Positions 10,101-19,746 of a stretch of 64,000 nucleotides of DNA are shown here, piece after piece. The notes below the pieces were generated by a model. The model saw only the letters and a program-made list of their open reading frames with translations, did no database searches and was not told where the DNA came from. Location of the stretch: NCBI GenBank assembly GCA_049999805.1, contig JBNGIO010006396.1:123775-187774 (forward strand). The letters are read 5' to 3'. The position numbers and the translations under genes are program-made. How positions within the stretch are numbered: the first letter of the stretch is position 1; every line of letters starts with the position of its first letter. The DNA comes from Folioceros fuciformis. Lineage: Eukaryota.

Positions 10101-12196
10101 CTCCACATCTCCCTATGGCACTCCTGCTTCCAGTTTGGGAACGAGCACTTCATCCAGAAGATCCCCTACCTGTGTAACACCACAGGGCTTACCCAACAAA
10201 TCAGGTGAGTCCAAATCCTTTGAGGACCGAAACCAAGTCATGAAACCTCAGGATCAGGCAACTACAAACCACGGAACATCCGCCCTGTGGTACGTCCGGA
10301 AATCTACCCTTTCAGATGCCCTTTCTGTCCTAGCTGGAAGTGCAGGTGCAGTGGTGTCTGGAACATTGAATCCGCTTTTTGCTTACCTGATGATCAAAGC
10401 TGTCACGCACTACTACAGCCCCAACCAGAAACGGCAGGCTGACATCTCAAGCCTTGCTATCACCGGTTTGGGAATTATGGCTATTGCCAGCAACGTAGTG
10501 CAGCATTTTTTCTTTGCAGTGATGGGGGAGACACTGAGCCAGCGGATGCAAGAAAAGACTTTTGAGGGTGAGCTTAACTGCTCTTTCGCTCGTTTGTAGA
10601 GATTTTCAACAGAATTGTTGGCTTGCCCGCTGATACCTGATACAATGCAGGGATAATGAGGAATGAAGTTGGGTGGTTTGATCGGGAAGATTGTGCAAGC
10701 TCCATGATCACATCCCGAATATCTTCCAATGCGTTACTCCTGAGGAAAAGTGTGGTGGATCGTTTTCCAGCCTTCATCCAGTGTGTGGCAGCCATCGTTG
10801 TGGCCTTGTCAATCAGCTTCACCCTACAGTGGCGTATGGCGATTGTATGTGTGGCGACCTTTCCGGTGGTCATTGTAGGTGGTTCTATCAAGGTATGGCT
10901 CTCCTACAGCTTCATATTGTTTTGCTGAACAGGAGTTAACACCCCACTGCTGACATGAGCTTCTTCTGCTCAAAAACATTGCAGCAAAGATTCGAGAAGA
11001 GAGGGTTTGCTGGAGACCTACGGAAATCTCTGGAACAAGTAACTATTGTTGCTGCAGAGGCTGTGAGGAATATCAGGATTGTGGCTGCCTTCGGTGCGGA
11101 AGACAAAACGGTGGTCATGTTCCATTCACGTCTGACGAAGCACGAGAAGGTCATGTCCAAGCAAGCTCAGAGCGGAGGACTGTTGTTTGGTGTTTCACAG
11201 TGCAGTATGTTTGCAGCTAATGCCTTACTTCTATGGTATGCATCAGTGCTGGTGAAACAGAGGCATGCAAATTTTGCTGCTGCACTGCAGACGTTTCAAA
11301 TTCTTGCATGGACAGGCTACTTCCTTGCGGAGGCTGTCAGTCTGGTCCCTCAGCTGGTGAAAGGGCACAAAGCGGCTTCAGCTATGTTGATAGACATCAA
11401 CCGGGAATCACAGATTGAGCCTGACAGAGCGGATGGGCAGCAGCTGAAGGCAGTGGAGGGCAGGGTGGATCTTGACAGGGTGACATTCTGGTTCCCCTCT
11501 AGACCAGAGGTCACCGTTCTCGACAATGTGACCATCAACATTCCTGCAGGAATCACGCAGGCTCTGGTTGGGACCAGGGGGTCGGGCAAGAGCACCATCA
11601 TAGCGCTAATTGAGCGCTTCTATGACCCAACCGGAGGTAGCGTTTTGATAGACGGACTGGACATCAGAGGGCTCAATCTTCGGTCAATGAGAAAGCACAT
11701 CGGTTTGGTACAGCAGGAGCCTCTGCTGTTCTCCACCACTATTAGAGACAACATTCTGTACGGGACTGAACAGGCATCCGAGGCAGAAGTCATAGAGGCA
11801 GCTAAGGCTGCAAATGCCTATACTTTCATCCGCTCATTACCCAAGGGCTTCGACACGGAGGTGGGAGAAAATGGGGTGCAACTCTCAGGGGGGCAGAAGC
11901 AGAGGGTGGCCATCGCCAGAGCCGTCCTCAAGAACCCGGCAATTATGCTGCTCGATGAAGCAACCAGTTCCCTCGACTCTGACTCGGAGCGGTTGGTCCA
12001 GAAAGCATTAGACAACATTATGCACGGTAATCGCACCACAATCGTCGTAGCACACCGACTCAACACTGTCAGGAACGCGGACAAGATCTCTGTACTGCTC
12101 AACGGCAAGGTCGTGGAGGAGGGAGAGCATGAGTTCCTGGTGAGGACAGGAGGTGTGTACAAAAAGCTGTTGGAGCTCCAAACCCTAGGAGTATGA
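7111..12196 (+). CDS. ABCB: Full-size ABC transporter subfamily B (MDR/P-glycoprotein), multi-exon
   Basis: TMD1 ([30 protein letters not shown]), NBD1 ([25 protein letters not shown]), Ser-rich linker, TMD2 (MRNEVGWFD), NBD2 ([22 protein letters not shown]). GT-AG introns, e.g. 9907-9998, restore the frame. Confidence 0.95.
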
Positions 12197-13015
12197 AATC
12201 GTGTGCTGTGCATGTACCATACATCTCTGGGACAAGCGCCAGCAACCCATTCCCTAGGGAGGAGAACCACTCTGGCGTTCCTCCCATCAACTATCGCTTC
12301 AAAGGATGATGAAAAAACATCGCCTAGGACACGCATCAGGTTGGAAACCCTACTACACGCCCCAAGACCAATTCATCACAAAGCTGTGCAGCCACCACCC
12401 CATTCCTACTCTCAAGTTCGAGGTAAGCAGGTTCTCCAAAGAAGCCCTTGTGATTCCAGAAGTAGGTTTCTTCTGCCAGCATTCCTCGAGGCTACATCGG
12501 CCCTAGAAATGAGATATAGCAATGTGGAAAACACTCCACAGCATAGCCCCAGCTCGCTGAAGTAGGTTTGAAGCAAATCTTCTGCACAGCACGGGAAGGG
12601 GTATAAATTAACCATCACAGCAACACAGACCGACAGGGCGAGCCAAAACCTAGGGGGTTCTTCCTCCGACCCAATCGATCGTTCTGCTTTTCGGCATGGA
12701 GAAACTCATCCTTGTTTTGGTTGTTTTCCTTCAAGTTTTTTTTATTACTAGAAAAGAGATGAAAAGTCCCATTTCAAGGAACAATCCAAAGAAGCCAAAG
12801 AACAAAAAAAAGTACCCTAAAGGGTTAGGGTTTTGAGTTTGTGTTCAATCTTGTTCAGGTTTTAAAAGGAGCGATCATCCAGGCATTTTGAATTGCATCG
12901 CAGCTGCGAGAATTGCTGGTAAGCAATTTTCGTCACTGCGATGAGATTTCACTTAGGGATTCGATTTGTGAGCATGTTATCAACCCCCTTACTTGGGTAG
13001 CAAAGGGTTGTGCAA

Positions 13016-13600
13016 GTGCCAAACTCCATAAGTATTCTCCCTTGCAAGACGGGCATACTTTCGTCCCCGTGCCAAAGTCCATAAGTATTCTCCCTTGCAA
13101 GACGGGCATACTTTCGTCCCCGTGCCAAACTCCATAAGTATTCTCCCTTGCAAGATGGGCATACTTTCGTCCCCGTGCCATAAGTATTCTCCCTTGCAAG
13201 ATGGGCATACTTTCGTCCCCGTGCCAAACTCCATAAGTATTCTCCCCGTGCCAAACTCCATAAGTATTCTCCCTTGCAAGACGGGCATACTTTCGTCCCC
13301 GTGCCAAACTCCATAAGTATTCTCTCTTGCAAGATGGGCATACTTTCGTCCCCGTGCCAAACTCCATAAGTATTCTCCCTTGCAAGACGGGCATACTTTT
13401 GTCCTCGTGCCAAACTCCATAAGTATTCTCCCTTGCAAGACGGGCATACTTTCGTTACCGTGCCAAACTCCATAAGTATTGTCCCTTGGAAGACGAGCAT
13501 ACTTTCATCCCCATGCTCTTCAAACTTAACTTATGATCCATAAGTATTCTCCCTTGCAATGCAAGATGAGCATACTTTCATTCCCATGCTCTTCAAACTT
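13016..13600. repeat. 53-bp minisatellite, about 10 copies, degenerate at the 3' end, with an internal palindrome
   Basis: Unit gtgccaaactccataagtattctcccttgcaagacgggcatactttcgtcccc starts at 13016, 13069, 13122 and onward; some units carry internal deletions. Confidence 0.95.
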
Positions 13601-13627
13601 ATGAGGCTGTGGGCTAGGACTTTTTCC

Positions 13628-13772
13628 AAGGTTTATCAAGGAGTGTGCTAAGGTTTATCAAAGTAATAAGAATGGTGCTCTCGCTCTTTGTTCTGTAGTC
13701 AAAGTTTATCAAAGAGTGTGCTAAGGTTTATCAAAGTAATAAGAATGGTGTTCTCCCTCTTTGCTCTGTAGT
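13628..13772. repeat. 73-bp tandem duplication in an AT-rich, gene-free island (about 12640-15090)
   Basis: aaggtttatcaaggagtgtgctaaggtttatcaaagtaataagaatggtg..tgtagt occurs twice. Confidence 0.85.
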
Positions 13773-15459
13773 GGTCTTCTTTCAACGACGCATATCCATC
13801 GCTTTGCAACGAGCATTGGCTAATGTAGGTTTAGAATAGCAGTTTCTTCCGCATCGGTGGTAGGTAAGCTTTTTATTATTCCACATCATTTTGGAGTAGG
13901 TGGTAGTTTTGGAGAATGATATTCGAAGGGGCTAATACCCTTTTGGCCTTTTGGCTCTGCTCGGGTTGACTTTCCATTTCTTTTTCAATAATAAAAAATA
14001 CCCCCCTTTTATAAAAGAAAAAAAAAGATACTAACCCTTCCCAAAAAAAGGGTTTTTCTTCTAGATGTGATCTCATATCTTCTTTCCATCAAATATATAA
14101 TTCTTTATGTGTTATGAAAAGCATAATCTAGGCCATATCCATGACATGAATCTAAGTGCTTGGGTAAAGCTATTGATTTGTGTTCACTAATTCTACGAAT
14201 TATCTTTAATTTAGTTCTTAATGTTAACTAATCTAAGCTGCTTACATTAATTAATATTGATTTTAGTTTGTAGAATTTGGTTAACGATATCCAAGTGGGT
14301 GTGCGAATTTCTTTTAGAATTCTCTTTGCATATTATAATATATTTTCAAGATATTTGTGGTATATGCTAATGCCAATAGGATATTTTCAAAGTATGTCCA
14401 TGTAATGGGTTAGTAAATATACAAACACTTCTTAAAGGAAGCTTATATTTAAGATTATATTAAGAATGTTAAAGCTATTACTACCCTAATTGATGTGTGA
14501 AGGATTCAAAGAGTGTTATGCGAGGGTTTATAAGACCGTAGAACAAGGTTTTAAAATTTATAAGAATGTTGAGCCAGGGTTTTGAGAGGTTGTGTGCGAG
14601 GGTTTTCTTAGATGTAGTGTGCGAGGAGACGACGAGCAAAGGATTTCTTCTAAGAGTAGTGCGCGAGGGCTTTTGAAAGTTGTGTTCAAGGGTTTTAAAG
14701 AGTTGTATGTAAGGGATTCCAAAATTAGATGAGCAATGCGCAAGGGCTCATAAGAGCTACATGTGAGGGGTTGGCAGGTTGCTTTTTTCAGAAGAGGAGG
14801 ATGGAACTTTGTATATGGCAAGAGGTATGAATTACTTTGTTCCTGCGCAATGAGCAATTCACATGTTGGTTACTTATTAAGCACATGCTTGTGCCAAGAC
14901 GTGTATGATGTCCTCTTTCCTTCCCTTCGCATAGCAATTTAAGTGTGTGTCTCTTTATTGGGAGCGTGTTTGTGCCAAAGTGTGTATGATGTCTCTCTTC
15001 TTTCCTTGCATGTCCTATGGAGCTGAGAAGAAGACCTAAAGCAAGTTCTTGTTAGTACGAGAGTTATCATTTTGACATGGTAACAACGTTCAACGAGTTC
15101 CGGAAAAAGATGGATTACTCCGGGTAGCCGGAAAGCCTTGACTGGACTTCATCTGATATAATCTGCTGTAGATGCGTTGAACATGAATAAAGCGTGACTT
15201 TGTCTTTGATTGCTGTGCAAATCCGTTGTGTGCATGGACCAGTGGGTGCTGGAGCCTGTACGTGATATAGCGCTGGGTCGAGTTTGCCACAGACTTTGTT
15301 GGATTCAGTGGAGCAATTGCCAAATTCAGAGACGTGCGACAAATTCGTTTGATTCTCTGAACAATCTAAGAATCTGTTCCACTGGCTGGAGGGACTCGAG
15401 AATTTGTTGGCTTCATGTCTGAAGCAAGCGAATGTCATGCATAGGCTGAGAGCGCGCTC

Positions 15460-18400
15460 ATGGCTGTGGGGAGGGTCGCAATTGAGTCTTGCAGAGGGCA
15501 AGGGGACCCGTTTTGGGGACAATGTGTATGGACCCAACAGCCTGGTGGGTTAACGGGCATTTCAGGAAGAGCTGGCTTTTCAAAGAAGCAATTATGCTCC
15601 AGGGGAAGTCTGGCTGCTGATAGATCCTCCAGCGAGGCTCGGCGGCAGGAGAGGCTGTGGCGACAGTATTTTCGGGACCCAACACGTTGGTGGGATCACA
15701 GGCGAACTAAGAAGAGCCGTAACTCGCCTGATTTCCGGCACAAGCAGTGCCAGGAGGTGCTCTGGTTAAACAGCTTACACAAGCCAGCTTGGGTGGATGG
15801 GGAGCTGGCTGCTCTAGATGGGGACGGCCCTGGCCCTCACGATAAGGGCATGATGGCTGAGACAGTGAGGAAGCTATGTGATCGGGGCCATGTGACTGAG
15901 GCTGTGGAGGCTTTGGAAGCTGCGGTGGAGACGCACAGTTATGTTGCCGTCTCTGTCGTGTATGCTGTCCTAAGGAAATGTGTGCAGAAGAGGGATCTCC
16001 GTCTGGGCAGGCGTGTGCATGCTTGTGCACTGAGAACGGGGTTGCTGAAAGACACTTTCCTGTGCAACAACATCCTACGGATGTATGCTTCCCATGGCAG
16101 GTTGCAGGATGCGGTGGATGTGTTTGAAGCAGTTGTGGAGCCTGATGCCTTCAGTTGGTCGGCCATGATTTCTGCACATGTTAAGTATGGGCAGGACAAG
16201 GAGGCTGTGGAACTCTATCACAGGATGTGCAGGTCGAGTGTTGAGCCGGATGGGCATGTTTTTGTGGCAGCCCTCCAGGCTTGTGCAAGGCGATCGGACT
16301 TGGAATGTGGGCAGCAGGTGCATGCTCATGTGTTGGCGTGTGGTCTTGAGTCTGACTTGTTTGTGTGTAACGGTTTGGTGAACATGTATGCAAAGTGTGG
16401 CAGCATCGAGGAGGCTCGGAGAGTATTTGATGGACTGCTTGAGAAAGATGTGGTGACTTGGAATGCCATGATTGCAGGGTATTCCCAGCAAGGTAGGGGT
16501 CAGGAAGCGCTCTGGGTATATAGTGCTATGCAAGATGAAGGTGTTGCTGTGCCTGATGCTGTGACTTTCGTGAGCCTCCTGCAGGCGTGTGCAAGTGTGG
16601 GCCCTGTGGCTTTTGAGAGGGGGAAGCAGCTTCACGAGCGTATCAGAGAACGAGGACTTCTTCGAGCTGATGTGTTTGTAGGCAACAGTTTGGTGAACAT
16701 GTATGCAAAGTGTGGTAGCTTGGAAGATGCACAGAGCGTGTTTGACGAACTCGATCAGAAAACGGTGGTGACGTGGAATGCAATGATTGCAGGGTATTCA
16801 CAGCAGGGCATGGGGCCGGAAGCCCTTTGTCTCTACGATGCTATGCAGAAAGAAGGCAAGAGCGTACCCGATTCTGTCACGTTTGTGAGCCTCCTGCAGG
16901 CGTGTGTAACCGTGGGCTCTGTGGCATTGGAGAAGGGGAGGCAGCTACATACGCATATCAGGGAACGAGGACACGAGACTGAAGTGTTTGTGGCCAACAG
17001 TTTGGTGAACATGTATGCAAAGTGTGGCAGCTTGGAAGACGCAAAAAGTGTGTTTGGTGGAATGGTTATAAAAGATGTGGTCACGTGGAACACCATGATG
17101 GCAGGGTACTCACAGCAGGGCATGGGGCAGGAAGCCCTTCGTCTCTACAGTGTTATGCAAGCAGACTGCATGGTTGCGCCTGATTCCGTTACATTTGTGT
17201 GCCTCCTGCAGGCATGTGCTGGCGTAGGCACCTTGGCTTTGGAGAAGGGGAAGCAGCTCCATATGCAGATTAAAGCACGAGGACAAGAAGCGTTTGTAGC
17301 CAGCAGTTTGGTGGACATGTATGCAAAGTGTGGCAGCTTGGAAGATGCTCACAGAGTGTTCGATGAATTTGGTAAGAAAGATGTGGTGACGTGGAATGCC
17401 ATGATAACGGGGTATTCCCAAAAGGGCATGGGGCGGGAAGCCCTTCATCTCTACAGTGCTATGCAAGAAGAGGACTGTGTTGTAGCTGATTGTGCAACAT
17501 TTGTCGGCCTCTTGCAGGCATGTGCCAGTGTTGGCTCCACAGGTTTGGAGAAGGGGAAGCAACTTGATTCAGATATTAAAGAGCTGGGTTATGAGAGTGA
17601 TGTACTTGTAGCCAGCAGTTTGGTGAGCATGTATACAAAGTGTGGCAGCTTGGAAGATGCTAAGAGAGTGTTCGATGGATTGGGCCAGAAAGATGTGGTG
17701 ACATGGAATGCTATGATAGCAGGGTATTCCCAGCAGGGTATGGTGCAGGAAGCCTTTAGTCTCCACTGTGCTATGCTAGAGGAAGGCCTGGCTGCACCCA
17801 ATTCGGTATCATTTGTGTCCCTCCTACAAGCATGTGCAAGTGTGGGCAAAGCGGGGTTGGAGAGGGGAAAGCATCTTCATGTGCAAATCAGGGAGCAAGG
17901 GCTTCAAGCTGATGCGTTTGTAGCCAGCAGCTTGGTGAACATGTATGCAAAGTGCGGTAGCTTGGATGAGGCGCAGAGAGTGTTTGATGGACTTGGTCAA
18001 AAGGATGTGTTGACTTGGACTGCCATGATAGCAGGGTATTGCCAGCAAGGGATGGGCCAGGAAGCCCTTTGTCTCTACAGTTCTATGCAAGCCGAAGGTA
18101 TCGCTATACCCGATTCCGTTACATTTGTGTGCCTTCTTCAGGCATGTGCGAACGTGGCAGCAGTATACCTGGGAAGGCAGCTACATGCACAGATTGTGGA
18201 ACAAGGGCTTCAAGCCGATGTCTTCGTAGGCTGCAGTTTAATCAACATGTACGGAAAGTCTGGGAGCATGGTTGAAGCACAGCAGGTTTTTGATGCAATG
18301 CCTGAAAAAGACATCGCCGTCTGGAATGCACTAAGTGCAGGGTACACTTCTCAAGGAGAGAGTGAAGTGGTCTTCGACTTGGTACGGAGAATGAAAGAGC

Positions 18401-19035
18401 AAGGCACACAGCCAAACCACATCACCTTTGTCAGTGTACTAACGGCGTGCAGTCACGCAGGTCTCGTGACCAAGGGGCGGGAGTCCTTCAAGGCTATGAG
18501 CAAACAGTACGGCATTACTCCCACGGAGGACCACTACACATGCATGGTGGATCTCCTTGGCCGAGCCGGGCAGCTGGACGAAGCACTGGGTCTTGTAAGG
18601 ACAATGCCCGTCCCTCCTAGTGCTGCAGTTTGGCACACTCTGCTGGGTGCTTGTCGAAACTGGAGCAACGTGGAGGTCGGACGCTATGCCTTCCATGAAG
18701 CAGTGAAGCTAGACAATGCAGATGCTGCAGCTTACGTGTTGATGTCAAACATATACACGGGTGCCGGGATGAAGGAGCTGGCACAGAAGATACAGATGAG
18801 AAGAAACCGAATCAGGGCATGGAAGCAGCCGGGCCAAAGCTGGTGGACAGACCCCGACGGGCTTGTGCATAGTTTTCTGGTTGGAGACGAGAAGCATACC
18901 GGAAGGCAAGCAAAGCTGAAGCAGAAAGGCAGGCATGTGCCACATCTTGATCTGTCGCAGGCAGACTTATCTGATGACAGACAGGAATACCATTTATGCA
19001 CGCATAAGCAGATGTTTGCTTTAGCAGGCGGATGA
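15460..19035 (+). CDS. PLS-class PPR protein (1191 aa, intronless): N-terminal PDF motif, about 8 PLS triplets, E1/E2, truncated DYW:WW-type domain
   Basis: Repeated VVTWNAMIAGYSQQG / VTFVSLLQACA / SLVNMYAKCGSLEDA motifs; HYTCMVDLLGRAG; AAAYVLMSNIY; KQPGQSWWTD..VHSFLVGD; ends at LCTHKQMFALAGG*. Confidence 0.95.
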   Translation: MAVGRVAIESCRGQGDPFWGQCVWTQQPGGLTGISGRAGFSKKQLCSRGSLAADRSSSEARRQERLWRQYFRDPTRWWDHRRTKKSRNSPDFRHKQCQEVLWLNSLHKPAWVDGELAALDGDGPGPHDKGMMAETVRKLCDRGHVTEAVEALEAAVETHSYVAVSVVYAVLRKCVQKRDLRLGRRVHACALRTGLLKDTFLCNNILRMYASHGRLQDAVDVFEAVVEPDAFSWSAMISAHVKYGQDKEAVELYHRMCRSSVEPDGHVFVAALQACARRSDLECGQQVHAHVLACGLESDLFVCNGLVNMYAKCGSIEEARRVFDGLLEKDVVTWNAMIAGYSQQGRGQEALWVYSAMQDEGVAVPDAVTFVSLLQACASVGPVAFERGKQLHERIRERGLLRADVFVGNSLVNMYAKCGSLEDAQSVFDELDQKTVVTWNAMIAGYSQQGMGPEALCLYDAMQKEGKSVPDSVTFVSLLQACVTVGSVALEKGRQLHTHIRERGHETEVFVANSLVNMYAKCGSLEDAKSVFGGMVIKDVVTWNTMMAGYSQQGMGQEALRLYSVMQADCMVAPDSVTFVCLLQACAGVGTLALEKGKQLHMQIKARGQEAFVASSLVDMYAKCGSLEDAHRVFDEFGKKDVVTWNAMITGYSQKGMGREALHLYSAMQEEDCVVADCATFVGLLQACASVGSTGLEKGKQLDSDIKELGYESDVLVASSLVSMYTKCGSLEDAKRVFDGLGQKDVVTWNAMIAGYSQQGMVQEAFSLHCAMLEEGLAAPNSVSFVSLLQACASVGKAGLERGKHLHVQIREQGLQADAFVASSLVNMYAKCGSLDEAQRVFDGLGQKDVLTWTAMIAGYCQQGMGQEALCLYSSMQAEGIAIPDSVTFVCLLQACANVAAVYLGRQLHAQIVEQGLQADVFVGCSLINMYGKSGSMVEAQQVFDAMPEKDIAVWNALSAGYTSQGESEVVFDLVRRMKEQGTQPNHITFVSVLTACSHAGLVTKGRESFKAMSKQYGITPTEDHYTCMVDLLGRAGQLDEALGLVRTMPVPPSAAVWHTLLGACRNWSNVEVGRYAFHEAVKLDNADAAAYVLMSNIYTGAGMKELAQKIQMRRNRIRAWKQPGQSWWTDPDGLVHSFLVGDEKHTGRQAKLKQKGRHVPHLDLSQADLSDDRQEYHLCTHKQMFALAGG

Positions 19036-19746
19036 TCCGCCTTCAGGGGCAAGAAGACAAGATTAGTTGCAGCCATCTTCTAGGCTTGAGCAGCTCGATC
19101 CAATGACTGCATTTTGGGTTGTGGATGAAAGTGAGCCACCTTCCTCCATGTCCAGGATTCCTTAGGCGTTCAGCCAAAAATACCACATGGAATACCCACG
19201 GAATGCTGTCTATGCACGGATCCCACTTGCAACAACCACTACCTTTGACAGTGGTGTGTGCCATCCCTGGCGGGCACCAGGGGCGCAGTTGAAGTGAAAT
19301 CATGTTTCCCACGAAGGGTTCCACTCATCTCTTCTTCCTGCTTTCATCTGTGGACGGTTCAGTTTCTGCTTCATGTATGTCCCGTCGTTTGAAGAGAACC
19401 TTTTCAACGAATATTTAATTATGATTAGGGGAAGAGAGCACCACACGGCCACTGTAATGCCAGAGTCTGTAGAGGGCAAGGGCCATGAGATGCCGCCCAC
19501 CTAGGACAAGTCGTAGTTTCTTCAACATCCTGGATGTAGACCTTGACGGTAATAGTTTCCGACGGGTCGTGATTTCCTTGCTTTGAAACGATTTGAAAAC
19601 TACGTCCGGCAGGCTTCCTTTGGGCAGAATCTTGTTCGTTTCCCGCGGCTGCTGGGCAGCGATGGAATAGATGGCAGCTCGCAGGGACGGCAGCTGGGTC
19701 GACGAGATCCGGGCCGGGTGAGACGGGTAGCCGCGTCTCCCTGGCG

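Noticed and set aside
13016-13600. CRISPR-like array of palindromic repeats
   Set aside because: Units are contiguous with no unique spacers, there are no cas genes, and the context is eukaryotic. The repetitive ORFs 12933-13500 are translation by-products of the repeat.
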